Both the position numbers and the translations under genes were made by a program. Of a stretch of DNA of 64,000 nt, positions 14,807 through 27,769 are shown in pieces (position 1 is the stretch's first letter; each line of letters opens with the position of its first letter). The stretch is from Octopus vulgaris (taxonomy: Eukaryota), in assembly GCA_951406725.2 (NCBI GenBank), contig OX597841.1, positions 11,656,001-11,720,000 on the forward strand, written 5' to 3'. The notes under the pieces are model-generated. The model searched no databases. It was not told where the DNA came from and was given only the letters and a program-made list of their open reading frames with translations.

Positions 14807-15765
14807 AAGATGAAGAAACAACAAAAGCTATAAAACAAATGAAATCCAAACTAAAAATAGAACAGCAACGAACCATGATAAAACGATGGCAAGAAAAGCC
14901 CCTTCATGGTAAATACTGGACTAAACTAAACGCAAAAGAAATAGACAAAGAAAAATCCCAGCAATGGTTGAGAAGCTCAGGACTCAAAGCAGAAACAGAG
15001 GGATTTTTAATTGCAGCACAAGACCAAAGCCTCCCCACCAGAAATTACCAAAAACATGTAATGAAAAGAAATATTACAAGTAACTGCAGAATATGTGGAG
15101 ATGGACAAGAAACAATAAATCATATTATCTCTAGCTGCCCAGTCCTGGCTAAGAAGGAATATATTCACAGACATGACAGAGTTGGAACCTACATACATTG
15201 GAAGCTATGCCAACATTATGGAATAACAACAGAAAAAAGATGGTATAGGCACACACCAGAAAAGGTCACAGAAAACGAGAAAGCAACCATACTCTGGGAT
15301 ATGCCAATACACACAGATAGAGAAATTAAGGCCAACAGACCAGATATAGTTGTCAGAGACCATGAAGAAAAAAATGCTTTCTAATTGATGTATCAATACC
15401 GGCTGATGACAACGTGTCTCTAAAAGAAATGGAGAAACTCTCAAAATACAAAGACCTGGAAATAGAGCTAACTAGAATGTGGAATCTGAAAACAGAAACA
15501 ATTCCTATCATAGTAGGTGCATTAGGCATGATAAAAAAATATTCAGACAAATACATAACAAAAACACCAGGACTTACAAACACATATAACATACAGAAAA
15601 TTGCACTACTAGGCACTGCACACATCCTACGCAGAACACTTTCCATACAATAACCATCAGAGCATCACAACAAATCACAGCACATACCCAAGGCACACAG
15701 AGCTTCGCTCGGTAGTGAAGTGAAAGCACGCTATAAAAATAAAACTACTGAATAATAATAATAAT
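14807..15765 (+). mobile_element. R4/Dong-type RLE LINE 3' part (CCHC finger and PD-(D/E)xK endonuclease), one frameshift, abutting (TAA)n
   Basis: AAQDQSL.T..CRICG..ETINHI..C..RHD..RPDIVV..IDV..K..KYKDL..PIIVGALG..LLGTAHILR. Confidence 0.9.
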
Positions 15766-16350
15766 AATAATATAGTGTTATAGTATTGGGTGCTAACTGT
15801 ATAGAACATGCATTGTGGGGTTTCTGTTGTAGTGTTGGGTGGTGAATGTGTAGCATAGGCCCTGTTGCTTCCACCCCTTATCAGCCTGAGTTCAAGAAAT
15901 CTATGAAAATAGGAATAAGCTTGCTTCTCAACCACATGATTCTGGGTTCAGTCCCACTGCCTGGCACCTTGGGCAAATGTATTCTACTATAGCCATGGGC
16001 TGACCACAACCTTGTGTGTGTGGATTGGGTAGATGGAAACAGTAAGAAGCCCTTATGTGTGTGTGTGGATTGAGGAGATGGAAACAGTAAGAAGCCCCTT
16101 ATGTGTGTGTGTGTGTGAAACTGGCTAGTCTCAGTCTTGTTCTGGGATCTCCTCACTAAATTAGGGCCTGTATATAATTGTCTTCAGGGGCAGTTATACA
16201 CCACCACCGCCACCTCAACGACCACCACTGTCGCTGTAGCACCAACAACACAAGCACCACCACCAACACCACCACCACCACCACCGCTGCTGCCATCAGA
16301 GCCACCCCCACTGCCACCAGCGCCCCCACCACTCCCATTGATCTCATCTG

Positions 16351-16472
16351 TTACTTGGTCAGTTCGTAAGGTATATCGGCCGAGAGGACGCGCCGGTAGA
16401 TGAAATAGCCAGCCAACAGTCCAGAGCAGACACCAATAAACAGCATACCGAGACCCAGTCCAACCATGGCAC
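16351..16472 (-). CDS. Ependymin/LolA-like membrane protein, last coding exon (TM helix and cytosolic tail)
   Basis: tttttgtag|(G)AMVGLGLGMLFIGVCSGLLAGYFIYRRVLSADIPYELTK-TAA; hydrophobic helix followed by RR stop-transfer. Confidence 0.9.
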
Positions 16473-16800
16473 CTACAAAAATAAAATGTTGAAACAGAAG
16501 TCTTTGAATGCAGGTTCAATTTAAAGCTGTTTGTGTGTGTGTTTGTGTGTGTGTGTGTGTATGTGTGGATGTGTGTGTGTGGATGTATGCATGCGTGTGG
16601 ATGTGTGCGTGTGTGTGGATGTGTGTGTGTGTGTGTGTGTGTGGATGTGTGTGTGTGTGTGTGGATGTGTGTGTGTGTGGATGTGTGTGTGTGTGTGCAT
16701 GTGTGTGTGTGTGCATGTGTATAGATGTGTGCATGTGTGTGGATGTGTGGATGTGTGTGTGTGCTTGGGTGTAGATGTGTGCATGTGTGTAGATGTGTGC

Positions 16801-16836
<36 letters not shown>

Positions 16837-16994
16837 GTGTGGGTGTGTGCCATTGTGAACTTTCGTGTTGTAGAGGACCCACAAGGGGTCTGTAATTCCA
16901 TGCTGAACGACTTAAACGAAAGACTTGTTTAAGGGTTCAAACATTCACACATTCGCTCACTCCCTCCATCAAAGCCACGTTGCCAGAACAGGTG

Positions 16995-17076
16995 CACAAA
17001 TGTGCCACAAATGTGCCACAAATGTGCCACAAATGTGCCACAAATGTGTCACAAATGTGCCACAGATGTGCCACAC
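16995..17076. repeat. 11-bp minisatellite (AAATGTGCCAC)n
   Basis: About 7 units visible. Confidence 0.9.
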
Positions 17077-17213
17077 ATCAGGTGTTGAAGTGATTGCTGA
17101 GCAATGTGGAATGAAGTGTTTTGCTCAAGAACACTATGCACCTCCCTATCTGGGAATCGAACTCATGATATTGTGAGTGAGAGTGCAACCCCCTAACCAC
17201 AAGACCATGTATA

Positions 17214-17261
<48 letters not shown>

Positions 17262-17583
17262 AGTGGCTGTGTGGTAAGTAGCTTGTTTACCAACCACATA
17301 TACGACGGGCTTCTTTCAGTTTCTGTCTACCAAATCCACTCACAAGGCTTTGGTCGGCCCGAGGCTATAGTAGAAGACACTTGCCCAAGGTGCCACGCAG
17401 TGGGACTGAACCCGGAACCATGTGGTTGGTAAACAAGCTACTTACCACACAGCCACTCCTGCGCCTATATATGTGGATAGAAATATATCTACACACACCC
17501 ACGCACGCAAGCACACACACGACAAAGTGGAGTTTGTGCGTAAAGAAGTTATTTGGTGTATGAAGTAGGTTTTGGTATCTCAC

Positions 17584-17662
17584 CTCTTCTTGTTGGGTCT
17601 GTGGAGCTGGAACTGAACTCACGAACCAAGGACTGCAGCTGGTTGGTGTGGAACCTGAATAC
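17584..17662 (-). CDS. Ependymin/LolA-like membrane protein, exon 15 (Ser/Thr stalk)
   Basis: tttgccag|[26 protein letters not shown]|gtgaga; phase 0->1. Confidence 0.85.
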
Positions 17663-17775
17663 CTGGCAAAGTAGACAAAAAAAGAAGCTGCTTGATACCC
17701 ATGTATACACTACACCCAGTTGCTTATACACACACACGCGCATACGTATATGAATATATGTATATGGTGGGCTTT

Positions 17776-17855
<80 letters not shown>

Positions 17856-17856
17856 C

Positions 17857-17911
<55 letters not shown>

Positions 17912-18202
17912 CACATATATATGTACAAATATATAAATATATTTTGTATCTTTTATCCTTTACTTCTTTCAGTCATTTGACCGTGGCCATGCTGGGGCAC
18001 TGCCTTGAAGAACATTTTTAGTTGAACAAATCAATTTTTCTTTGTTGTTCAAAGCCTGGTACTTATTCTATTGGCTTCTTTTGCCAAACCACTTAGTTAC
18101 AGGGATGTAAACACACCAACACCAGTTGCCAAGTATGTATATATAAGTATGTATATATATATACATATATATAAATATACATACTTATATATATATATAC
18201 AT

Positions 18203-18263
<61 letters not shown>

Positions 18264-18326
18264 TAGATAGATAGATAGATAGATAGATGTATATGTATTT
18301 ATATATGTGTGTATATATATGTGTGT

Positions 18327-18366
<40 letters not shown>

Positions 18367-18782
18367 GCATACACACACACATACACATAAGAATTCACAC
18401 ATATATACATATACACCCATAAATCTGTTTGTGTGTGTGTTTGTATGTTTATGTATGAATGTGTGTTTATATACACACATATACACACACACATGTGCAT
18501 GCATGTAAATGCAGTAAGATAGCTAGCTAGACATCTAGCAAGATAGATAGATAGACAGACACATACATACATACATACATACATACATACATACATACAT
18601 ACATACATGTACATATAAGATCACATAGTTTTAGGTACATTTTAATTTAAATATTGGATGATAGATCTGCTGAATGAGGACCGACCTAGGGTTAAAAATT
18701 AACTTCGGCACAGACAAAATAAACTGAAGGTCTAGAGTTAGGTGGCTGATGAGGACTCCAAAGTTTGAAGCTTGGTTCTTAC

Positions 18783-18892
18783 CTTCTCATGCATCAGAGG
18801 ATAAAGGACCTTGAATTCAATTTCTTTGTGGGATTTCAGGTTGGAATAGGCCTCTTCCAGTGGAATTGGAGTGTATCTAGTTTTAAGAGAGC
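18783..18892 (-). CDS. Ependymin/LolA-like membrane protein, exon 14
   Basis: ttccag|(G)SLKTRYTPIPLEEAYSNLKSHKEIEFKVLYPLMHEK|gtaaga; phase 1->0. Confidence 0.87.
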
Positions 18893-18930
18893 CTGGAATA
18901 TCAAACACAAATGTTTATACACATACATAC

Positions 18931-18987
<57 letters not shown>

Positions 18988-19047
18988 AGCAAATAAATGG
19001 AGTTGAACGAAGATGTTATTAACATTCTTTTACTTTCGACATATGTT

Positions 19048-19110
<63 letters not shown>

Positions 19111-19383
19111 ATATATATATATATAAATATATATATATTGATATATTTATTTATTTATATTACCAGGTTTTTTCACGTCTGTGTGTATTTATATATTTAT
19201 TTATTTATTTATTCATTTATATTACCTCAACATCCAAACTTCCTCATTTTACATTGAGTGAAAGACGGGATGGACGCTTCGTTTTTGTGCTGGTGCCCCA
19301 CTCTGTCGTACGCGACTGTGAGGATTTGCATCCCCAACGTAGAATTTATGATGTAATACATGTCCTTGAAGTAGTAATTGTGC

Positions 19384-19461
19384 GCGGCTGAAGAAAGCCA
19401 TAGACACACATTATGCATTGTTATAAATCCGTCTAATAAAGGCCCGAAACATATGTACCGC
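19384..19461 (+). ncRNA. Minimal type I hammerhead ribozyme, third copy of the 10.9-kb family
   Basis: GCGG CTGAAGA aaGCC..GGCcc GAAAC ATAT GTA CCGC within a copy of the same element (about 19170-19495). Confidence 0.65.
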
Positions 19462-19987
19462 TGAATCCTTGGCCTCATGTTTATATTTTGATTCATTTAT
19501 ATATATATATAAATATATTTTTTACAATACACGATGGTGATGAACTATAACCTTTGACCTTGCCTGGTGTATTAACAAAGAGCTTATGAAGTATTTTGCC
19601 AGGACTGATAATTCCTCAGTAATAACTCTCTCTCTGTATATAAGCATATGTATGTGTGTATGTGCCACTGTCATGTGCCACTGTCACATAAAAAGCACTC
19701 ATGCTGGTGGCACATTGAAAGCACCCAGCACACTCTGTAAAGTGGTTGGCATGTTAGGAAGGGCATCCAGCTGTAGAAACCAAACTAAATCAGATTGGAA
19801 CCTGGTGCAGCTCTGGTCAAACTGTCCAATTCTTGCCAGCATGGACAACGAACATTAAAGGATGATGATAATGATGGTGATAATGATGATGACAATGATG
19901 ACGTCAATGATGATGATGATGATGATGATGATGATATATGATGTATGTGTGTGTGTGTGTCACTTTTGTCGTATTTTTGTCACTTAC

Positions 19988-20054
19988 CTGGTATCGATGG
20001 AGCATCCAGCAATGTAAACTGTACAACCATGAGGTCAGACGAGAGGCGCCCTAT
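19988..20054 (-). CDS. Ependymin/LolA-like membrane protein, exon 13
   Basis: ttacag|IGRLSSDLMVVQFTLLDAPSIP|gtaagt; phase 0->1. Confidence 0.87.
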
Positions 20055-20298
20055 CTGTAATAGAAAGGGGGTGAGTACAATGGTTAAAAGGAGAAGTGGT
20101 GGAGGTGGTGGTTGTGGTGCTGAGACACAAGGAAGTAGGTGGTGTCAGAGAATGCGTTTGGGAACAATAAAAAAAAAAAAACCCATCGAAATGCCAAAAG
20201 TGGAATGATCCCGAGGTGGATAGTAGTGGGGTGTTCGAGGTGGAGAAGATCGACCAGTGTGTGTACACGTGTATTGTAGATTTGATGTGGGTACATAC

Positions 20299-20408
20299 CT
20301 GTATGTTACTGATTCTTACTGAGGAAACATTTGCAGCCCGAGCCAAGGAGTTTCGCAATGATGGGAAGATGAGGCTTTCATAACCCTTGATGTATATGTC
20401 GAATTTAT
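20299..20408 (-). CDS. Ependymin/LolA-like membrane protein, exon 12
   Basis: cccag|(D)KFDIYIKGYESLIFPSLRNSLARAANVSSVRISNIQ|gtatgt; phase 1->0. Confidence 0.88.
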
Positions 20409-20507
20409 CTGGGTTAGAGAGAAAAAGGGAAAGAGATGGAGAGAGAGAGAGAGAGAGAGAGTTAAGGAGAAAGAAGCAGTCAAACAAATTATGTATACTG
20501 TCTATTA

Positions 20508-20560
<53 letters not shown>

Positions 20561-20579
20561 GTTACAACTTCTATTATTA

Positions 20580-20661
<82 letters not shown>

Positions 20662-20662
<1 letters not shown>

Positions 20663-20830
20663 GATTTGATTCAGGTTCAGGCTTATTCCTGGTAGGATTT
20701 ACATGGGTAGCAAGTTACTACCTGTAACCTTAGGCATCCATAAGTTTTCAGCAGTCTATCAAGTGCTTAGAACCCTCCTCATGATCTTTGCTGTCCCTAA
20801 GAGATAAACTTTCTGTAGGTGTTCTACTGG
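20662..20830 (-). mobile_element. Dong-type LINE extreme 3' end in (TAA)n
   Basis: LQKVYLLGTAKIMRRVLST*. Confidence 0.7.
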
Positions 20831-20853
20831 GTTATTATCATTATTATTATTAT

Positions 20854-21399
20854 TGAGTGAGAGAGCAGTTCATGCCACCAAAGTGACACTAGGGTAAAAA
20901 ATACAAAGCCCAGTATACCCATCATGACTACCTGTCTGATAAAGGTACACCAGGCACATGCATCACAACCATATGTGCGTGACATATCAAGATAAACAGC
21001 ACATGACCTTGCAGGTGGGGTCCAGTTAGAATTTTCTTCTGGTTGAGTAGCCCATCCCACTCAAAAGGTCCCGGAATATGGATTATTTAAGGATGTTGAA
21101 TGAACCACCCATGTTTCCAAAGGTGAATTATTCAAACCTCTAAGAATTCCTTTCAACACACGGCCATGATGCTTCCCCACTACTTCTGCTCATGATCAGA
21201 GATGCACATATCGCCAGCCACTAAGGGACATGGTCAACTGGTTAAGGTCAAACAACTGACAAGCAAATCTGTGGTATTGAGCAGAATATTTGCTGTAGCC
21301 CATCTTTTATACCAAGATAAAAACAATGTACATGATAACACTTCCAATCAGTTAAGATCAGAAGCCATGAGAACCACTGCCTGGTACTGCATCAGGGCA

Positions 21400-21400
<1 letters not shown>
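20854..21400. mobile_element. Non-coding interspersed repeat inserted in (TAA)n; second copy 27911-28390
   Basis: Two similar copies, both bounded by (TTA)n and starting gagtgagagagcagt. Confidence 0.75.
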
Positions 21401-21446
<46 letters not shown>

Positions 21447-21489
21447 GAAAACTCACAGCTTATTTTGCTGGGTATGGTGGAAAATGACT

Positions 21490-21730
21490 AACAATGTGCC
21501 ATACTGTTTCACCTCTCTCACCACATATTCTGCATTTGTCGCTATCGGTAGTGTTGTCTACTCTGCACTTAACATAGTTGGTCCTTAATGCATGCTCTTG
21601 AGCTGCTCATATGAGTGCTTCTGTCTCTATCTTCAGGTCACTCCTCCTCATTCATAGCCACCGCTCCTCTGTATCTGTCTCAGCATTCACATCTCTTGCA
21701 AACTGACCCTAATTTTCCTTCCATGCTTTT
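21490..21730 (-). mobile_element. Dong-type LINE internal fragment
   Basis: LKIETEALI*AAQEHALRTNY..CRICG..ETVWHIVS. Confidence 0.75.
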
Positions 21731-21932
21731 CCTTTTTTTGTTCATTTTTGTTCATTTCCACAAATACCCATCATGACTACCCGTCCGATAAGGGTACATA
21801 CAGGTACACACATTTTCACATGAGTATGCATTCTACCCCCCACCCTTTCATGCTTACTACCACTCTCCACCCACCCTCACTCATCCCATCGCCCCCTCAC
21901 TACCTCACCTCCTCACACAGCCCCCATCTTAC

Positions 21933-22128
21933 CTTCTAACTGGAAGTTGATATAAAACCTATCTCTCAAGTGGAAGCAGCTTTCTATGTTGAAGTTGTCC
22001 AGGTGGACATGTCCCTGGACATAACCATAGAGATGTATCCATGATTCGTTTATTAACTCCACTGTTCCATCATCATCATCATCATCATCATCATCCTTAT
22101 CTTCGTTGTTCTTGTTGTTGTTGTTTGG
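21933..22128 (-). CDS. Ependymin/LolA-like membrane protein, exon 11 (poly-Asn/Asp insert)
   Basis: tttacag|PNNNNKNNEDKDDDDDDDDDGTVELINESWIHLYGYVQGHVHLDNFNIESCFHLRDRFYINFQLE|gtaaga; phase 0->1. Confidence 0.82.
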
Positions 22129-22156
22129 CTGTAAATAAAAGAAAAAAGATATTGTT

Positions 22157-22227
<71 letters not shown>

Positions 22228-22396
22228 GAAATCTGAAACCATGGTATAACCGTTATATAACAAGGTAAAGGTTTTTATTTTTCATTTACTTCGAAATTTG
22301 CTATAAAATTGTGGTTTTTGGCCGTGTTGGCTGCTATTTCTAGCATGTAAAATTACCTGTTAAAGGGTAATTTTCTATTTTGAAATACGTATATAA

Positions 22397-22433
<37 letters not shown>

Positions 22434-22507
22434 TACATACATAAAAAAAAACAGAAAGGAGAAAACTAATTCAAAGACTACAAATCCAATCAGTGTGCTG
22501 ACGTTTC

Positions 22508-23108
22508 TTATTTTTTTATTGCCCACAAGGGGCTAAACACAGAGGGGACAAACAAGGACAGACAAACGGATTAAGTCGATTATATCGACTCCAGTGCGTA
22601 ACTGGTACTTAATTTATCGACCCCGAAAGGATGAAAGGCAAAGTCGACCTCGGCAGAATTTGAACTCAGAATGTTGCGGAAGACGAAACGCCTATTTCTT
22701 TATTACCCACAAGGAGCTAAACACAGAGGGGACAAACAAGGATAGACAAAGGGGTTAAGTCGATTATATCGACCCCAGTGCGTAACTGGTACTTAATTTA
22801 TTGACCCCGAAAGGATGAAAGGCAAAGTCGACCTCGGCAGAATTTGAACTCAGAATGTTGCGGAAGATGAAACGCCTATTTCTTTATTACCCACAAGGGA
22901 CTAAACATAGAGGGGACAAACAAGGACAGACAAAGGGATTAAGTCGATTATATCGACCCCAGTGCGTAACTGGTACTTAATTTATCGACCCCGAAAGGAT
23001 GAAAGGCAAAGTCGACCTCGGCGGAATTTGAACTCACAACGTAATGGCAGATGAAATGCCACGAAGCATTTCGCCGGGCATGCTAACGTTTCTGCCAGCT
23101 TGCCCCCT
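22508..23108 (-). mobile_element. SINE family B trimer (one head, three bodies)
   Basis: About 185-bp body repeated three times with a fixed junction. Confidence 0.88.
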
Positions 23109-23124
23109 TAGATGCAGCAATATC

Positions 23125-23265
23125 AAAGGAAGGTTAACCGGGAAGATGCACAGGGGCAATAAACACTGAAGATGTATAGTAAACAGATTCCATCACAGGC
23201 CAGGGGGAGAAGCTAGGAGTATGAGATAGCTTCCATTACCTTGGTGACCAAGTCAGTAGTGGGTG
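23125..23265 (+). mobile_element. Small RTE RT fragment
   Basis: QGEKL..DSFHYLGDQVSSG. Confidence 0.6.
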
Positions 23266-23285
23266 GGTGGGGGGGTGGATGCTCT

Positions 23286-23316
<31 letters not shown>

Positions 23317-23415
23317 AGAAAGAAGGGAGAAAGATGTAGTGGAAGAGGAGAAAGAAAAAGAATAAAACGGGAGAATGAAAGTGAAGCAACAACAACAGTA
23401 ACCATGACAACTTAC

Positions 23416-23466
23416 CAATCTGAAGGCTTTTTGAAATATTCCAATGGGGACGGCGGTGTGAAGAGT
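23416..23466 (-). CDS. Ependymin/LolA-like membrane protein, exon 10 (51 nt)
   Basis: ttttgtag|TLHTAVPIGIFQKAFRL|gtaagt; phase 0->0; VPIG parallels GPVR of repeat 1. Confidence 0.8.
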
Positions 23467-23512
23467 CTACAAAACAACAACAACAACAATGACAGCAATA
23501 ATATCTATAATA

Positions 23513-23706
23513 ATGATGATGATGATAATGATGATGATAATGAAAATGATGATGATGATGATGATGATATGATGATGATGATATGATGATGATGATAATG
23601 ATAATAATGATGATGATGATGATGATGATGATGATAATGATGATGATTATGATGATAATGATAATGATGATGATGATGATGAATGATGATGATAATAATG
23701 ATGATA

Positions 23707-23741
<35 letters not shown>

Positions 23742-23784
23742 AATGATGATGATAATGATGATGGTGATGATGATGATAATGATA

Positions 23785-23819
<35 letters not shown>

Positions 23820-23880
23820 AATGAGGATGAGGATGATGATGATGATGATGATAATGATGATGATTATGATGATGATGATA

Positions 23881-23949
<69 letters not shown>

Positions 23950-23973
23950 ATGATGATGATGATGATGATGATA

Positions 23974-24020
<47 letters not shown>

Positions 24021-24054
24021 AATGATAATGATGATGATGATGATGATGATGATA

Positions 24055-24095
<41 letters not shown>

Positions 24096-24176
24096 AATGA
24101 GGATGAGGATGATAATAATGATGATGATGAAGATGATGATGATGTTAATAATAATAATGATAATGATGATGATAAT
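23513..24176. repeat. (GAT)n microsatellite
   Basis: Direct inspection. Confidence 0.95.
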
Positions 24177-24191
24177 AGACTATGGAGTTAC

Positions 24192-24284
24192 CTTCAAGAA
24201 ATAATACTCCCGGTTGATAGTGATTCCGCCTGTGATGGTGCTCTTCCTGCCCCAAACATCAACTGTTAAACCACGAACTTTAAG
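24192..24284 (-). CDS. Ependymin/LolA-like membrane protein, exon 9
   Basis: cttgcag|LKVRGLTVDVWGRKSTITGGITINREYYFLK|gtaact; phase 0->0; VRGxxxDVW parallels IDGIPV of repeat 1. Confidence 0.88.
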
Positions 24285-24916
24285 CTGCAAGGGAAACGGA
24301 GGGAATCGGTTTAAATCCCACATTCAAAAATGGAGTACGAGATATACATGCTCTGCTGCTACATGTGTTGGTCTGTGGCCATGCTGGGGCACAGTATAAA
24401 AAGGGTTTATGTCAAGCAATTTGAACCCAGGACTTATTTTTAAGCAATAGTACTCATTCTATCGGTCCCTTTGCCAAACTGTTAGGTCATATGGAACATA
24501 AACACACTAACACCGGTTGTCAAGCAATGATGTAGGTACAGACACAGACACAAAGTCACATACACACACCCAAACACACACACACTCATATATACTTGTG
24601 TGTGTGTGCATATATATATATATTTTTTTTATTACTTTTTTTACTTTTTTTTACTTTTTATTTTTTACTTTTTTTAACTTTTTTTTTTACTTTTTTTTAC
24701 TTTTTTTACTTTTTATTAAAATTTTATGTATTGATTAAGTCTTTCCTTGTTTGTTTTGCAAAATAGTGGTTTTGTCTCTAATTGATATTATATAATATTT
24801 TACCATAAAATTGGATTTAATCCTAAATCTGATTTTTTCCCTGTAAATTTGGATTTATTCCCTAATATTTATTATTATATATATACAAAAATAAGCAACA
24901 AGAATGACTCCGGTAA

Positions 24917-25005
24917 TTTGGTACAATTGTTTCGCACTACAACATTTTATTAAAAGTTATAATTATTACAGCAGATTTAAGATGTTGAGTGCTCTTCAGC
25001 CCAAA
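24917..25005 (-). ncRNA. Minimal type I hammerhead ribozyme
   Basis: minus strand: TTTGGG-CTGAAGA-GCACT..AGTGC-GAAA-C AATT G-TA-CCAAA; perfect stem II, palindromic ACAATTGT. Confidence 0.75.
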
Positions 25006-25702
25006 ATATAAGTTTTCCAATAATACAAAAGCTTTCAAATCAAGTAGTAACATTATAGAGAAGGTAGATATACAGATAAAGATGTAGAATTAAATTTTAA
25101 GAACATATGAGGTTGTGAAGTCCAGCCACTAACTGACCAAAACTATGGTTGTATCTAACTGCTATAAGAATTAGAAGTAATAAAGAATTTATTTAGTTGT
25201 ATATATATATGTAAATGGATGATTGAATTATCTTTTGTTTACTGTTAACATGGAAAATTCAATAAACAGTTACCAGAGTATTTACTTATACATATATACA
25301 CATATATATATGTGATGGGCTTCTTTCAGTTTCCATCTGCCAGATCCACTCACAAGGCTTTGGTCAGCTCGAGGCAATAGTAGAAGATGCCTGCCTAAGG
25401 TGCCATGCAGTGGGACTGAACTTGGAACCATGTGGTTGGGAAGCAAGCTTTGTACCGCACGACTCAAATGCACATACATTCACATCCACATGCACTATCT
25501 TCAAATAAAAGCCAGGATGGTCACAATTGGAATGTCTTTGATCAAAGGTCTTTTGGATCAGGCCTGACATGGGCTTAAGCAACAAGTTCAACAACCATAA
25601 CAGTCATGTCCAATTACTCTGCCAGTCCAACAATGGCCATCCAAGCTTGTGCACCCATTTAATAATGTGTTAGATGTAGGGGATAAGAAGGGGCTTGTTT
25701 AC

Positions 25703-25866
25703 TTTTCCTTTGTAGTTATACATGGCCGTATTAAGGGTCATGAGACTGTAGATGTCATCGACGTGTAACACATGGCTCCAGCTTAGTTTCTCGAGATCGG
25801 TGAGGGAAGTGTAGGAGGGTTTAATGAGGCAGGGCCTGAAGTTGTTGTCCAAATTGTACTGGATTC
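25703..25866 (-). CDS. Ependymin/LolA-like membrane protein, exon 8
   Basis: cttgcag|(G)IQYNLDNNFRPCLIKPSYTSLTDLEKLSWSHVLHVDDIYSLMTLNTAMYNYKGK|gtaaac; phase 1->0. Confidence 0.88.
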
Positions 25867-26385
25867 CTGCAAGAGAGAGACAGAGAGAGAGAGAGAAATA
25901 GAGGGAGAAATAGATATATATATAGGTAGATGGATGGGATGGATGGATAGATAGAGATAGATAGATAGATAGAGAGAGAGGGGGGTAGGTAGGTAGATAG
26001 ATGGATAGATAGATAGATAGATAGAGAGAGAGATAGGTAGATAGATGGATGGATAGAGAGAGAGAGAGAGAGATAGGTAGGTAGATAGATGGATGGATAG
26101 ATAGAGATAGATAGATAGAGAGAGAGATAGATAGAGAGATAGAGAGAGAGAGATAGATAGGTAGATAGATGGATGGATAGAGAGAGAGAGAGAGATATAG
26201 ATAGATATGTAGGCGGATAGATAGATAGATAGATTGAGAGAGAGAGAGAGAGAGATAGGTAGATAGATTGATACATAGAGAGAGAGAGAGATAGGTAGGA
26301 AGATGGATGTATGGATAGATAGATAGATAGATAGATACAGAGAGAGAGAGAGATGGAGAGATAGAGAGAGAGAGAGAGGGAGAGA

Positions 26386-27570
26386 TATTTCTTTATTAGC
26401 CACACAGGGCTGCACACAGATGGGACAGATTACAAAGTAGTGCTTTTCTTTTTTGGGGAAAAAAAAAGGGTGGCGTAGGTTTTCGATCAAAAGGGACCAT
26501 AAAAGGGAAAGAAGGAAAAAAAAGGGAAAAAAGAAAAAAAAAAGAAAAAAACGATCAATAGGGATCGTGTATCAGTGTCATGATGTAAGGTGTAAAGGGG
26601 GAAGCAGATAAGGTTTATCCGTGGGAAGAAAAGCCTACAGAAAAGACCACGGTAACCTCGGTCAATATGTTATATGTTACCACATTTGTTTGCAAATAGG
26701 TAACCCTCTGTTTTAAATTTTCTGGGTTCATAGGATTATGCTCAAGGTGGCTTCATCATTCATACGTGCCATCCTTGCTACATTCACCAATCTTTTTTTG
26801 AAACTTTCGCTAGACAAAACTTGCCTCTCTACTTTCACTTTCCTTTTCAAGTTGATGAGAGATTGACCAGAGAGGAAAGTGTTTGTCTCCAATCCTTTCA
26901 GACGCATCCACCAGATACATTCTTTCACCATAGCCACAAGGATGATGAAAATAGCTAATCCTTCCCGTTGGAAGGAAGGAGGCGTGATAATATTGACGAT
27001 AGATTCGGCTGATAAATCGACTCGTCCCACCCGTGACAGCAGTCGTTCGACATAAGCCCACAGGTCGGAGATTGTTGGACACTGCACGATTGTGTGCAGA
27101 ACGGTTTCGTCGCTCTGCCCGCATCTCGGGCAGGTCGGCCCCATGTTTCTCAAGCCGTGTCTGTAGAGCTTATCCCGAACAGGTAGCACTTCTCAGTAGT
27201 ACTGCCAGGCCAGGGATCTCTGGAAGTTGTCCATGGGCCCTGGCCCGAAAGTCGTCCTGAACAGGTGGGTCAGGTATTCCTCGTTGACGTCCAGGTTTAC
27301 CCCGAGCTCGTCGTCGTACCTCCTCTCCACTAATCCCCTATAGAATGCTTTGGTTGTGATGGAGTCACTCAAGGTCGATCCAGGACGGCAGAGTTGCTTG
27401 AGAGCAACGCGACACTCGCGGTGCCATTCGCCCTTCCTCGGCCTCTTTTTGATCCACAACTGCAGTTTGGTCATGGAGACGAGTTTCAGGAAAGCGTGCC
27501 TCACAAATGGCAACCATGCCTGTTCACCGTCGTCTACGTTGAGCCTGAGATGTCGCAGTATCAGCATGTG
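26386..27570 (-). mobile_element. L1/Tx1-type LINE 3' end (zf-RVT-like C-terminus and 3'UTR) abutting (TC)/(TATC)n
   Basis: LAW....LPVRDKL..CPRCG..ETVLH..C..LW; tail ends AATAAAGAAATA. Confidence 0.8.
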
Positions 27571-27724
27571 TCAGTATGTACGGGGAAGTCCCATTATTGT
27601 AAAGCTTGTTTACACGGACGTTTTTCTTTCGGAAAACGGACAAAACCTTTTGTAACCTTTCGTCCTGTTTTGTCCCTTTATGTTTTCCAATCATATTTGT
27701 CAGCCCTTGTGGCCAATAAAAAGA

Positions 27725-27769
<45 letters not shown>

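Noticed and set aside
18741-18785. CTGATGA GGAC..GTTT GAAG hammerhead look-alike; similar at about 61004-61032
   Set aside because: Core mismatch or no stem II/stem I pairing
22508-23108. Regular repeats as a CRISPR-like array, and SINE heads as tRNA genes
   Set aside because: No unique spacers; units are SINE bodies, and heads lack a complete cloverleaf and continue into SINE sequence
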